Shown: positions 9,434-18,782, numbered from the stretch's first letter. The stretch: 64,000 nt of DNA from Lysobacterales bacterium (GCA_050250665.1 JBFWOF010000035.1:1406-65405); one strand, 5' to 3'. Notes: generated by a model not told the origin, from the sequence alone. Program-made: numbers and translations.

Positions 9434-10423
9434 TCAGCGCCCTCGATCCGCGGTGTGGTTCGCGCCGCCCGCGGCAAAGGCGGCAAGCAGTTCCTGGGCG
9501 ACGCTGGCGGCGGCCAGTGCCGTGATCTCGGCGTGGTCGTAAGGCGGCGAGACTTCGACCACGTCCATGCCGATGATGTTGAGCCCGGCCAGGCCGCGGA
9601 TCAGTTCCAGCGCCTGATGGGTGGTGAAGCCGCCAACCACCGGTGTGCCGGTGCCGGGCGCGTGCGCCGGATCGAGGAAATCGACATCGAAGCTGACATA
9701 GCAGGGGCGGGTGCCGACGCGCGCATGGATGGCGGCACAGGCGGCTTCGATGCCGGCCCGGTGCAGCCAGCGCGCATCGCGCACGTCGAAGCCGTGGGTG
9801 TCCTTGTTGCGCGTGCGCATGCCGAGCTGGATGGAGCAGGCCGGATCGACGATGCCGTTCATGGCCGCGTGGAAGAACATGCTGCCGTGGTCGATACGCG
9901 GACTGGCATCGGCCCAGGTGTCGCTGTGAGCGTCGAAGTGGATCAGGGCAATGGGCTCCGCGCGGCGCGCGCGCAGCGCCTTGAGGATGGGATAGCTGAT
10001 GAAATGGTCGCCGCCCAGCGCCAGCGTGCTTACCCCGGATGCGGCGATATCGGCGAATGCGGCCTCGATCAGATCCGGGATCTGTTCCGGGCGACCCTGG
10101 TCGAACCAGACATCACCCCAGTCGACGATGTTCAGCGCCTCACAGGGATCGACATCCCAGGCGTAGGGTCCGCACCAGGCCAGCGAGGCCGAAGCGGCGC
10201 GTATCGCCCGGGGCCCGAGCCGCGTGCCCGGTCGATTGGTGGTGGCGAGGTCGAAGGGCACGCCGATCACGGCGACATCGACGCCGCTCAGATCCTTGCT
10301 GTAGCGACGACGCAGAAAGCTCAGGGCGCCCGAATAGGTGGGTTCGGCCACGCTGCCGTAAGGCGAGGTGCGGGTGAACGCCAGATCGCAGGTCTTCGGG
10401 TGAGCCGGGTCGTCTTTCGCCAT
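9434..10423 (-). CDS. Agmatinase-family ureohydrolase (agmatinase / guanidinobutyrase / guanidinopropionase)
   Basis: Start MAKDDP at 10423. Mn-binding blocks GGDHFISYP, HFDAHSDTW and SFDVDFLDPAHAPGTGTP. Confidence 0.85.
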   Translation of the reverse strand: MAKDDPAHPKTCDLAFTRTSPYGSVAEPTYSGALSFLRRRYSKDLSGVDVAVIGVPFDLATTNRPGTRLGPRAIRAASASLAWCGPYAWDVDPCEALNIVDWGDVWFDQGRPEQIPDLIEAAFADIAASGVSTLALGGDHFISYPILKALRARRAEPIALIHFDAHSDTWADASPRIDHGSMFFHAAMNGIVDPACSIQLGMRTRNKDTHGFDVRDARWLHRAGIEAACAAIHARVGTRPCYVSFDVDFLDPAHAPGTGTPVVGGFTTHQALELIRGLAGLNIIGMDVVEVSPPYDHAEITALAAASVAQELLAAFAAGGANHTADRGR

Positions 10424-10519
10424 GGTGCAGGAGTCCGTTGGGAAGCAGGGCCTCGGCGATCGTAGGCCAGCGGGCATCCTTGACGCTAGATGATCAGGTT
10501 CATCAGTAGTCTCCGCCGG

Positions 10520-10674
10520 GTAGGTCAGGTTGTCCGCGCAGCGGGTTTCGTGAGGCTTCTTGTGACATCGGGGCTGGGTCGCGACACCGTGTCACGTAGG
10601 CCTTTCAGGCCAACGTGACCTACGAAAGCCGGGTCTCTGGTAGGTCACGTTGTCCGCGCAGCGGGCTACGTGAC
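10520..10674. repeat. REP cluster, GTAGGTCACGTTGTCCGCGCAGCGGGCTACGTGAC family
   Basis: Three palindromic units lie in the divergent agmatinase/ALDH intergenic region. The same family occurs at 14314-14393. Confidence 0.85.
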
Positions 10675-10745
10675 ATCGGTCCTGAACCCACGACCGAGTA
10701 GCGATATGCTTCGAGCCGACGAACAACCGACAACCAGGAATCCCC

Positions 10746-12245
10746 ATGCCTGCAATGAGCAAGGAACAATGGCTGGCTCGCGCCGCGGAGCTGCATATTC
10801 CGCATCAGGCTTTCATCGACGGCAAGTCCGTGGATGCCGCCAGCGGCGCCACCTTCGACTGCATCAGCCCGATCGACGGTCGTCTGCTGGCCAAGGTCGC
10901 GTCCTGCGGTGCTGAGGATGTCGAGCGCGCCGTTGCCGCCGCCAGGCGCAGTTTCGAGGCGGGGGTCTGGTCGGCACGGCCGCCAGTGCAGCGCAAGAAG
11001 GTGCTGCAGCGCTTCGCCGAATTGATGCAGCAGTACCGCGAGGAACTGGCCTTGCTGGAAACGCTGGACATGGGCAAGCCGATCAACGATGCCCTGAAGG
11101 TGGATCTGCCCGCCAGCGTGCGCTGCATGAGTTGGACCGCCGAAGCCATCGACAAGGTTTACGGCGAGGTGGCGCCCACCGGACCGGATGAGCTGGGGCT
11201 GATCACGCGCGAGCCGCTGGGCGTGATCGGCGCCATTGTGCCGTGGAATTTCCCGCTGCTGATGGCCAGCTGGAAGATCGCCCCGGCGCTGGCGACCGGC
11301 AATTCGGTGATCCTGAAACCTTCGGAAAAATCTCCGCTGACGGCGCTGCGCATCGCCGAGCTGGCGATGGAAGCGGGCATACCCGCCGGGGTGTTCAATG
11401 TGCTGCCGGGATTCGGCAAGGAAGCCGGCGAACCTCTGGCCTCGCACATGGACGTCGACGGGCTGGTCTTCACCGGTTCGACCGGCGTCGGCAAGCATCT
11501 GCTCGGTTGCGCCGCTCGTTCCAACATGAAGCGCGCCTTCATGGAATGCGGCGGCAAGAGTCCGAACATCGTGTTCGCCGACGCGCCCAACCTCAAACGT
11601 GCCGCCTACGCTGCCGCTTCGGGCATTTTCTACAATCAGGGCGAGGTCTGCACCGCCGCTTCGCGTCTGCTGGTCGAGCGCAGTATCCAGGACGAGTTCG
11701 TGGCCATGGTGGTCGAGGCCGGTCGCGGCATGCGTCCGCGTCATCCGCTGGATCCGGATGCGCCGACCGGCGCCATGGTCGACGATATCCAGATGCAGCG
11801 CGTGCTCGGCTACATCGGGAAGGGCAACGAACAGGGCGCACGCCTGCGTCTGGGCGGCGAGCGCGTGCTGAGCGAAACCGGCGGCTACTACATCGAGCCC
11901 ACGATCTTCGATCAGGTCCGCCCGGACATGAGCATTGCCGCGGAAGAGATCTTCGGCCCGGTGTTGTCGGTGATCGCCTTCGATGAGGAAGCCGAGGCGC
12001 TGAAGATCGCCAACGACAGCGCCTATGGGCTCGCTGCAGGTGTGTGGACCCGCGACATCAACCGCGCCCATCGCATGGCCCGCAAGCTGCGGGCCGGCAG
12101 TGTCTGGGTCAACTACTGGGACGGTGGCGACATGACCGCACCCTTCGGCGGCTACAAGCAGTCGGGCAATGGTCGCGACAAATCCCTGCACGCCTTCGAG
12201 AAGTACACCGAGCTCAAGGCCACCTGGATCAATCTGGCGGATTGA
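10746..12245 (+). CDS. PuuC-like aldehyde dehydrogenase (gamma-glutamyl-gamma-aminobutyraldehyde / aminobutyraldehyde type)
   Basis: 499 aa, strongly collinear with E. coli PuuC as remembered (ELALLETLDMGKPI, IVPWNFPLLM, EKSPLTA, GGKSPNIVFADAP, NQGEVC, PFGGYKQSGNGRDKSLHA). Confidence 0.85.
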   Translation: MPAMSKEQWLARAAELHIPHQAFIDGKSVDAASGATFDCISPIDGRLLAKVASCGAEDVERAVAAARRSFEAGVWSARPPVQRKKVLQRFAELMQQYREELALLETLDMGKPINDALKVDLPASVRCMSWTAEAIDKVYGEVAPTGPDELGLITREPLGVIGAIVPWNFPLLMASWKIAPALATGNSVILKPSEKSPLTALRIAELAMEAGIPAGVFNVLPGFGKEAGEPLASHMDVDGLVFTGSTGVGKHLLGCAARSNMKRAFMECGGKSPNIVFADAPNLKRAAYAAASGIFYNQGEVCTAASRLLVERSIQDEFVAMVVEAGRGMRPRHPLDPDAPTGAMVDDIQMQRVLGYIGKGNEQGARLRLGGERVLSETGGYYIEPTIFDQVRPDMSIAAEEIFGPVLSVIAFDEEAEALKIANDSAYGLAAGVWTRDINRAHRMARKLRAGSVWVNYWDGGDMTAPFGGYKQSGNGRDKSLHAFEKYTELKATWINLAD

Positions 12246-12280
12246 GGCCGTTGCGGGAAACACAGGCGGGATCGCCTGCT

Positions 12281-12710
12281 GCGCGTAGCCCGTTGTGCCG
12301 CGCAGCGGCTCAGCGGGGCTTCTGCATCACCGCCCGGCGCCCTGTCGTCCTCAGAGCCGCGGCCGCCGGCGCGAATACCCGCCGGCACTCATCAGAATCC
12401 ACACGCGCCGGAGCCGCGCTACCAACTGTAGGAGCGACCTCGCGTCGCGACCGGCCAGCCGCACGTCCGCCGCAGCGGTCGCGCCGCAAGGGCGCTCCTA
12501 CCGGTGAACAAAGTCGGCGTTGCGCTCACAACGAGCCCGCGGAAAAGGCTAGAGACCGTCACTCCCAGTGCACTTCTCCGCGTTCTCCGCGCCTCCGCGT
12601 GAGATATCCGGCGCTCAGCCGCGGAATGCGGCCGTGGAGGGCGCCGCGCCGCGGCGCCGCCTTGCTTTTCCTGTAGGTCAAAAGCGACCGCGCAGGCGCG
12701 CGGCCCTCCT
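12281..12710. repeat. BIME-like cluster of at least four different REP modules
   Basis: Four modules. (1) 12281-12337, inverted partner at 14166-14222. (2) GTAGGAGCG...CGCTCCTAC hairpin at 12428-12501. (3) 9-mer array TTCTCCGCG TTCTCCGCG CCTCCGCG at 12574-12599. (4) Composite module at 12634-12710, shared with 2008-2085 and 35952-36028. Confidence 0.85.
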
Positions 12711-12719
12711 TGAAGCCGC

Positions 12720-13106
12720 TCAGATCTCTACCGCGCGTTGCTCCTGGGTCCAGGCGTTGAAGCCGCCCGCCAGGGACAGCGGTTCGACAAAACCCAGACG
12801 CTTCAGAGCCTCGGCCGCGAGCGCGCTGCGGCCACCGCTGCGGCAATACACCGCGATCGGCTGATCGCGATGGGCCAAGGCAGGATCCTTGACGAAATTC
12901 ACCGCCGGATGACCGTCAATTTCGAATTCGAGCACGCCACGCGGAATGTTGACTGCTCCGGGGATGTGGCCTGCGGCAAATTCCGCCGGCTCGCGCACGT
13001 CGACGATCGGGCATCCGCCGCTCTGCAGACGCAACAATTCAGTGCCGCCAATTTCCTTGATCTGTGATCTGGCGTGAGAGATCAGATCCTGTACCGTGGT
13101 GCGCAT
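12720..13106 (-). CDS. Single-domain rhodanese sulfurtransferase
   Basis: Active-site loop YCRSGGRS. The start at 13106 (MRTTVQ) has GGAG 6 nt upstream; an alternative ATG lies at 13130. Confidence 0.85.
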   Translation of the reverse strand: MRTTVQDLISHARSQIKEIGGTELLRLQSGGCPIVDVREPAEFAAGHIPGAVNIPRGVLEFEIDGHPAVNFVKDPALAHRDQPIAVYCRSGGRSALAAEALKRLGFVEPLSLAGGFNAWTQEQRAVEI

Positions 13107-13253
13107 GCTCTGCTCCGTAGTCGGCTGCATTAAGATTCATCTACTTTAGATATGGCTCATGTAATATGCAAGGCTGGACCGACGACGCGTTGGCGTCTGA
13201 TTCATCGGACTCAGCGCGGCAAGTCCGGTCAACTCTTCCAACGGAGATCTTCC

Positions 13254-14117
13254 ATGCAAGCCCAGGTGCAACCCTTCTTTCACGCCCAGAGCAATACCTA
13301 CACCTATGTCGTCAGCGATCCGGCGACCGGGGCAGCTGCGGTGATCGATCCTTGCCTGGATTTCGATGCCAGATCCGGGCGCACGGGCGTGAAGTCTGCG
13401 GCAGCCATACTCGAGCATCTGCAGTCCAAGGGCTTGCAGCTACTTTGGATACTTGAAACCCACGCGCATGCCGATCACCTCAGCGCCGGTCGCTGGCTGA
13501 AATCGCAGCAGCCGCAAGCGCAGCTGGCCATTGGCCAGGGTATCCGCGAGGTCCAGCACACCTTCAAGCCGGTGTTCAATCTGGGTGATGACTTTGCCAC
13601 GGACGGCAGCCAGTTCGACCGGCTGTTCGCTGACGCCGAGCACTTTGCCATCGGCGAGCTGGATGCCGAAGTGCTGGCCACGCCCGGACACACCAATGAC
13701 AGTGTCAGCTATCTGATCGGCGATGCCCTGTTTGTGGGCGATACCCTGTTCATGCCCGACGGCGGCAGCGCCCGCTGCGACTTTCCGGGGGGCAGCGCCG
13801 CGCGTTTGTATCAGTCGATCCAGCGTCTGTACGCACTACCCGATAACACCCGGGTGTTTGTCTGTCACGACTATGGTCCCAACGGTCGCGAATTCCGCTG
13901 CCAGACCAGCATTGGTGAACAGAAGGCCGCCAATATCCATGTGCGTGCCGACGTCGCGCAGGCGGAGTTCGTGCGCATCCGCGAGGCCCGCGACGCCACG
14001 CTGGACATGCCGACGCTGATCCTGCCGTCGATACAGGTGAATATCCGCGCCGGTGATCTGCCGGAGCCCGAGGCCAACGGCGTGCGCTATCTGAAATTGC
14101 CGCTGGACCAGTTCTGA
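13254..14117 (+). CDS. MBL-fold persulfide (sulfur) dioxygenase-like protein
   Basis: 288 aa from MQAQVQPFFH, with GGAG 7 nt upstream. Metal motif ETHAHADHLSAG, plus ATPGHT and a C-terminal block DATLDMPTLILPSIQVNIRAG as in bacterial PDO-type MBL proteins. It is divergent from the rhodanese gene. Confidence 0.75.
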   Translation: MQAQVQPFFHAQSNTYTYVVSDPATGAAAVIDPCLDFDARSGRTGVKSAAAILEHLQSKGLQLLWILETHAHADHLSAGRWLKSQQPQAQLAIGQGIREVQHTFKPVFNLGDDFATDGSQFDRLFADAEHFAIGELDAEVLATPGHTNDSVSYLIGDALFVGDTLFMPDGGSARCDFPGGSAARLYQSIQRLYALPDNTRVFVCHDYGPNGREFRCQTSIGEQKAANIHVRADVAQAEFVRIREARDATLDMPTLILPSIQVNIRAGDLPEPEANGVRYLKLPLDQF

Positions 14118-14165
14118 TCGCTGGCAATGCCCGGCTCTTGTAGCCCGAAGTGCGCGCAGCGCTCT

Positions 14166-14436
14166 CCGGGCGGTGATGCAGATGAGCCCCGGTGAGCCAC
14201 TGCGCGGCACACCAGGCTACGCACAGCAGGCGAGTTCATGGCCCGTGGGCAGTGTCGGACCGATACAGGTGGCTCTCCATGAACCCATGTCGCAGGTTTT
14301 TGATTTGCTCTTGCAGGTCACGTTGCTCGCGTAGCGAGCTACGTGACGCAACTGGATGTCACGTAGTCCGCTGACGCGGACAACATGACCTACGACGGCG
14401 AGTTCATGGCCAGTGGGCAGTGTCGGGCCGACACAC
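14166..14436. repeat. REP cluster between the PDO-like gene and the YeeE operon
   Basis: 14166-14222 is the inverted partner of 12281-12337. The direct repeat CGAGTTCATGGCC-GTGGGCAGTGTCGG-CCGA at 14231 and 14399 brackets a GTAGGTCA-family REP at 14314-14393. Confidence 0.85.
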
Positions 14437-14710
14437 GCGGCTCGCAATGAACCATCCACAACTGATGATGCAGGCCGGAAGGATGCCGCGGACTTGCCGA
14501 AACTGATCAGATTCACCTAATTCATGTGTAACTAATTTAGCGAATTCCTGCGTCTTGCCCGTTGTAGGGCATCAGCATGTGCCCGAAATGCCTCTGCAAG
14601 ACATTGATCGATAACACTAAAGCCTGAAATATGGCGACGATCTGCAGCAAGCCGAGTTGCTGCGCTGCACGGTTGACAGCGGCTGAGGGCTTCATGAAAA
14701 CTCACTGGAC

Positions 14711-14726
14711 ATACCCGGGGTGGTAT
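14711..14726. promoter_or_regulatory. Candidate CsoR/RcnR-family operator ATACC-CGGGGT-GGTAT
   Basis: Perfect 5-bp inverted arms around a G/C tract, 50 nt upstream of the YeeE start at 14777. The architecture resembles known TAC(C/T)-G/C-tract-(A/G)GTA sites of this repressor family. A family member is encoded at 26206-26547. Confidence 0.35.
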
Positions 14727-14776
14727 CTGATGCGCTCCGGGTGAACTGCCCATGCACGGCACCTGGGAGGGTGAAC

Positions 14777-15295
14777 ATGAGTTCAGAGGCGAAGCCGTTA
14801 TGGCGTCCGCACGCAGCGGGCTTGCTGCTGGGATTGGGATTGCTGTTGACCTTCCTGCTCACCGGCCACGGTCTGGGCGGTAGCGGGTTCACCACTGCCC
14901 TGGCGGCCGCCGGCGCTGACGTGTTGGCACCTTCAACCACGGCGGGGAACAGCTATCTGGGTCCCATGGTGTCCGACGGCAACAATCCGCTGGATGCCTG
15001 GATCACCTGGCAGGTGCTGGGCGTAGCCATCGGCGCCTTGATCGGCGCGGTCTCTGCACGCCGTTTCCGGTTCGATGTCGATGGACCCACCCGCCTGAAG
15101 AAGGCGGGTCGATTGACCATGGCCCTGGTCGGCGGGGTCATTGCCGGATTTGGCGCGCGCATTTCCCTGGGCTGTACCAGCGGCCTTGGGCTGTCAGGCG
15201 CAGCGACGCTGGCTACTGCCGGTTTTGTGTTTCTCGGTGGCTTCTTCATTTCCGGTGCGATCTTCGGACTGCTGACACGGAGGCTGTGGCAATGA
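14777..15295 (+). CDS. YeeE/YedE-family sulfur-compound transporter, half-protein A (set 1)
   Basis: Multi-pass membrane protein with the conserved GCTSG loop (ISLGCTSGLGLSG). GGGAGG SD. Confidence 0.8.
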   Translation: MSSEAKPLWRPHAAGLLLGLGLLLTFLLTGHGLGGSGFTTALAAAGADVLAPSTTAGNSYLGPMVSDGNNPLDAWITWQVLGVAIGALIGAVSARRFRFDVDGPTRLKKAGRLTMALVGGVIAGFGARISLGCTSGLGLSGAATLATAGFVFLGGFFISGAIFGLLTRRLWQ

Positions 15296-15852
15296 GCTTT
15301 CCCCTGGGTTACACCGGCGTGATCTCCGGACTGGTCTGCGGCGTGGTCTTTGGGTTCGCCCTCGAGCGCGCCGGGTTTGCCAGCGCCTGCAAACTCACTG
15401 CGCAGCTGCGATTTCGCGACTGGGCGGTATTCAACGTGATGTTCACTGCCATCCTGGTGTGCGCATTCGGGCTCTATTTCCTGCAACTGGCAGGACTGGT
15501 CGCCAGCGACAGCCTGTACGTGCCGACCACTTATCTCTGGGCGACGGCACTGGGCGGAGTCGGTGTGGGCGCCGGCATGGCGATCGGTGGCTACTGTCCG
15601 GGGACCTCGGTGGTCGGCTTCATGTCCGGCAAGATCGATGGTCTGGTGTTCTTCCTCGGCATCGTGCTCGGCACCTGGGTCTTCGCCGGTGCCTATGATG
15701 CCCTCAAGCCCATGCTCGAAGCGGCGCCGGGTCCTGAGGGACAAACCCTGTCGCAACTGCTGCATGTGCCCGATCTGGTGGTGCTGCTGGCGCTGACCGC
15801 AGTGGCGGCAGTGGTCGGCTGGTTCACTGCCCGTCCGAGTGCTCGAACCTGA
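15292..15852 (+). CDS. YeeE/YedE-family transporter, half-protein B (set 1)
   Basis: ATGA overlap with the upstream half and GGAGG 8 nt upstream. Conserved GGYCPGTS loop. Confidence 0.8.
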   Translation: MSFPLGYTGVISGLVCGVVFGFALERAGFASACKLTAQLRFRDWAVFNVMFTAILVCAFGLYFLQLAGLVASDSLYVPTTYLWATALGGVGVGAGMAIGGYCPGTSVVGFMSGKIDGLVFFLGIVLGTWVFAGAYDALKPMLEAAPGPEGQTLSQLLHVPDLVVLLALTAVAAVVGWFTARPSART

Positions 15853-15870
15853 TCCTCTGGGAGCAAGCTA

Positions 15871-16113
15871 ATGCAATCCAAGTCCAAGACCTCGAATTCG
15901 CGTCAGCTGAGCGAACGGCTGTCGGCACTGCTGATGGCCTCAGCTCTGGCGGTGTTGCCGGCAGCCTGTGCCCAGCCCGATGACAGTCAGGCTCCGACCA
16001 CGGCCAAGACGGAACCCGCTGCACCCACCGATGCGGCGCCGGCAGATCAGCCGGCACCGGCCAATCCCTGCGCACCCAAGCCGAAGAAAAAGCCGGCCAA
16101 TCCCTGCGAATAA
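15871..16113 (+). CDS. Small Pro/Ala-rich lipoprotein with two C-terminal ANPC motifs
   Basis: Lipobox-like LPAAC after a hydrophobic segment. The protein ends PAPANPCAPKPKKKPANPCE. GGGAG SD. Confidence 0.55.
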   Translation: MQSKSKTSNSRQLSERLSALLMASALAVLPAACAQPDDSQAPTTAKTEPAAPTDAAPADQPAPANPCAPKPKKKPANPCE

Positions 16114-16119
16114 GCGCTC

Positions 16120-16797
16120 ATGAGCGGCAGCGTCCTGATTCCCGAGCCCGCTTCCGGCGAGCGCAGACGTCTGCGCCAGGCCGGGTCGGAACTGCTGGAA
16201 GTGATGCAGACGCTGCAGCAGCGGGGACGCAACGTGATCACCGAATTGCAGGGAGATGGACCGTCGATGACACAGTGGCAGCACTATCCCGATGACGATG
16301 CCACTGATCCCGTGAGCGGTTATCGCTGGTACTACCACGCCCATCCGGAAGCCAGTGCACGGGGGGAGCACGGTCATTTTCATGTCTTCGCCGCTGCTCC
16401 GGCTGGCCGCGGCTACACCCACCTGCTGGGCCTGTCGATGTCGGCCACTGGCTTGCCCCTGCGGGCCTTCACGACCAATCGCTGGGTCACCAATGAGATC
16501 TACCAGCCGGCGGCGCGGGTGCTGAGTCGGGCGCGGCAGTTTGTGATGCGCCAGCCCGCAAAGTGGGCTCTGGTGCATCAATGGCTGGCGGCCACGCTGA
16601 CGCTGTTCGGTCCGCAGATCACCTGGCTGTTGCACGAGCGTGATCGGCGCCTGGCGGCGGCGCAGATCCGTCGAGCTTCCGTGTTTGAAGACCGTCGCAC
16701 CAACCTGCTGTCGCAGTGTCGTCTCGATCTGCAGGCGCAGTTCGAATGGCTGGACGCTGCCGGCCCCCTCAAGATCCGCAATGGAGCAATCCGATGA
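16120..16797 (+). CDS. Conserved hypothetical protein (His-rich core HAHPE...EHGHFHVF)
   Basis: 225-aa ORF in operon position; its stop overlaps the next start as ATGA. I do not recognise a characterised family with confidence. Confidence 0.55.
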   Translation: MSGSVLIPEPASGERRRLRQAGSELLEVMQTLQQRGRNVITELQGDGPSMTQWQHYPDDDATDPVSGYRWYYHAHPEASARGEHGHFHVFAAAPAGRGYTHLLGLSMSATGLPLRAFTTNRWVTNEIYQPAARVLSRARQFVMRQPAKWALVHQWLAATLTLFGPQITWLLHERDRRLAAAQIRRASVFEDRRTNLLSQCRLDLQAQFEWLDAAGPLKIRNGAIR

Positions 16798-17762
16798 AAC
16801 TGCAAGCCGTATTTGTACTGCTGAGCTCGCTGGGTTTCGCAGCGGCCGCCGCTGAATTGCCAGGCCCGGTGGTGTCCGTTGCCTGGCTCAACGAACATCG
16901 CGCGGAAGTGGTGGTTCTGGACGTGCGCAGCGATGTTGCCGGATTCACCACGGCGCCCGAGTGGTCCACCGATGCCAAGACCGGTGCCAATGTGCTCGAC
17001 AGCAGCGGCGGTCATATTGCCGACGCCCGGCTGGTGGACTTCAACCTGTGGCGCGTGAGTGCGGAGGTTGAGGGTCACAAGATCGACAAGCTGATCCCCA
17101 GCGCCGGGGAAGTGCAGACCCTGATGCGCGGGCTCGGGGTCAAGGCTGATGACACGCTGGTCTTGACCACCCCTGGAGCCGATCCCAGCGAGGTCGATAT
17201 GGCCGCCCGTGTGTACTGGACCCTCAAGACCTATGGCGGCAAGCAGATGGCTCTGCTGGATGGCGGCAATGCGGCCTGGTTACAGGCGGGCTACCCGGTA
17301 TCCGTCGATGCGCCTGCGAAACTGGCTGCCGGCGACTGGAGCGCAGCCGATCGCAACAATGCCTGGCTGGCACAGGCCGACGATTTGAAGCCGGGCAAGG
17401 GCGGGCCGCAGCTGATCGACGCCCGTCCGGTGCCGCAGTACCTGGGTGTGGTCTACAAGAAGCCGGCAGTCGCTGCCGGTGGACACGTCGAGGGCGCGGT
17501 GAACTACCCGATCGAACTGCAGACGCGCCCGGCAGGCCTGGCGCAGATGTTCCTGACGTCCGAGCAATATCGCAGCGTCATGAAGGGCCTGGGCTATGTG
17601 CCTCAGGCCGGTGCCATCACCTACTGCAATACCGGGCACATGGCGGCCGGGGCCTGGTTCGTGATGAGCGAGATCATGGGCAACCCCGATACCCGGCTGT
17701 ACGACGGCTCCATGCACGAATGGACCACGCTGGGACGTCCGGTGATAGGCGTGGGTCTCTGA
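16794..17762 (+). CDS. Periplasmic two-domain rhodanese (thiosulfate sulfurtransferase-like)
   Basis: Signal peptide MKLQAVFVLLSSLGFAAAAA. Tandem rhodanese domains, with the catalytic loop YCNTGHMAAG in the second. Confidence 0.8.
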   Translation: MKLQAVFVLLSSLGFAAAAAELPGPVVSVAWLNEHRAEVVVLDVRSDVAGFTTAPEWSTDAKTGANVLDSSGGHIADARLVDFNLWRVSAEVEGHKIDKLIPSAGEVQTLMRGLGVKADDTLVLTTPGADPSEVDMAARVYWTLKTYGGKQMALLDGGNAAWLQAGYPVSVDAPAKLAAGDWSAADRNNAWLAQADDLKPGKGGPQLIDARPVPQYLGVVYKKPAVAAGGHVEGAVNYPIELQTRPAGLAQMFLTSEQYRSVMKGLGYVPQAGAITYCNTGHMAAGAWFVMSEIMGNPDTRLYDGSMHEWTTLGRPVIGVGL

Positions 17763-17789
17763 GCGATGAGCCCGACTGAGCGCCAGTTG

Positions 17790-18782
17790 TCAGCGAGCTT
17801 GTTCGGCGGCAGCGCCGAGCATCTCGACCTGCATTTCCAGGTACACGCTGTAGGCATTGCGGCGATTGGCGGCCTCGAAGGTGGGCAGGTCGGCATACGC
17901 GGACCAGTCGATGGCCGCGTAGGCCTCGTCGAAGCTGCTCAGCTCCTCGACCGCGGCGCCCATCTGTGTGCGCAGGAACTGGAGGTAGTCGGCGGTCAGC
18001 CGCAGATCGTCGTCGACCGCGCAGGACATGTCGCCATGGCCGGGCACGATGCAGCGCGGCTGCAGCGCGCGCATGGCCTCGATATCGTTCAGCCAGCCGC
18101 GGGTATTGCCGTCGACGACGAAGGGCAGCCGTCCGTTGAAATAGAGATCACCGGCAAACAGCACGCGCGGTGCGACCACCAGCAGCATCAGATCGTCGGG
18201 CGCATGGGCGTGTCCAGCCGAGATCAGACGAAAAGCCGTTCCTCCCAGGTCGAAATCCATGGACTCACCGGCGCGCAGATCGAGCCAGCGATCGGCCGGG
18301 AGCAGGCGGGTGCGCTCATCCACCCAGGGTGCCAGGGTGGTGCGACGCTCGGACAGACGCTCGCGGGCGAGATCGGAATCCAGATAGATGCGACCTTCAG
18401 CCCGCGCCCAGATCTCGGCGCCTGCGGCCTTGAACACCTGCAAGCCATAGACATGATCGGCGTGGTAGTGGCTGACGATCACGCGGCGCACGGGCTCGGT
18501 GGTGATGGTCTTGATGGCCTCCAACATGGCTTGCGCCAGGGCCGGCGTGCCGAGCGCGTCGAAGACCAGCACGCCATCGTCGGTGAGCACGAATCCGGCA
18601 TTGCTGGTGTAGCCCTGGTTCCCGGCGCTGGCCTGTCCGGATTCGCCGCGGAAGTACCAGATGCGATCGACCACGGCTTCGGCACGCAGGGTCGGCGGAG
18701 TCTGGGGCTTCGGCGCTTGCGCCCAGGCCGAGCCACCGAGTCCGATCAGCATCAGGATTCCACACCAGCAACGGCGATTCAT
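17790..18782 (-). CDS. Periplasmic MBL-fold metallohydrolase (SoxH-like)
   Basis: Start MNRRCWCGILMLIGLGGSAWAQA (signal peptide) at 18782. Metal motif VSHYHADHVYG. Divergent from soxC. Confidence 0.7.
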   Translation of the reverse strand: MNRRCWCGILMLIGLGGSAWAQAPKPQTPPTLRAEAVVDRIWYFRGESGQASAGNQGYTSNAGFVLTDDGVLVFDALGTPALAQAMLEAIKTITTEPVRRVIVSHYHADHVYGLQVFKAAGAEIWARAEGRIYLDSDLARERLSERRTTLAPWVDERTRLLPADRWLDLRAGESMDFDLGGTAFRLISAGHAHAPDDLMLLVVAPRVLFAGDLYFNGRLPFVVDGNTRGWLNDIEAMRALQPRCIVPGHGDMSCAVDDDLRLTADYLQFLRTQMGAAVEELSSFDEAYAAIDWSAYADLPTFEAANRRNAYSVYLEMQVEMLGAAAEQAR

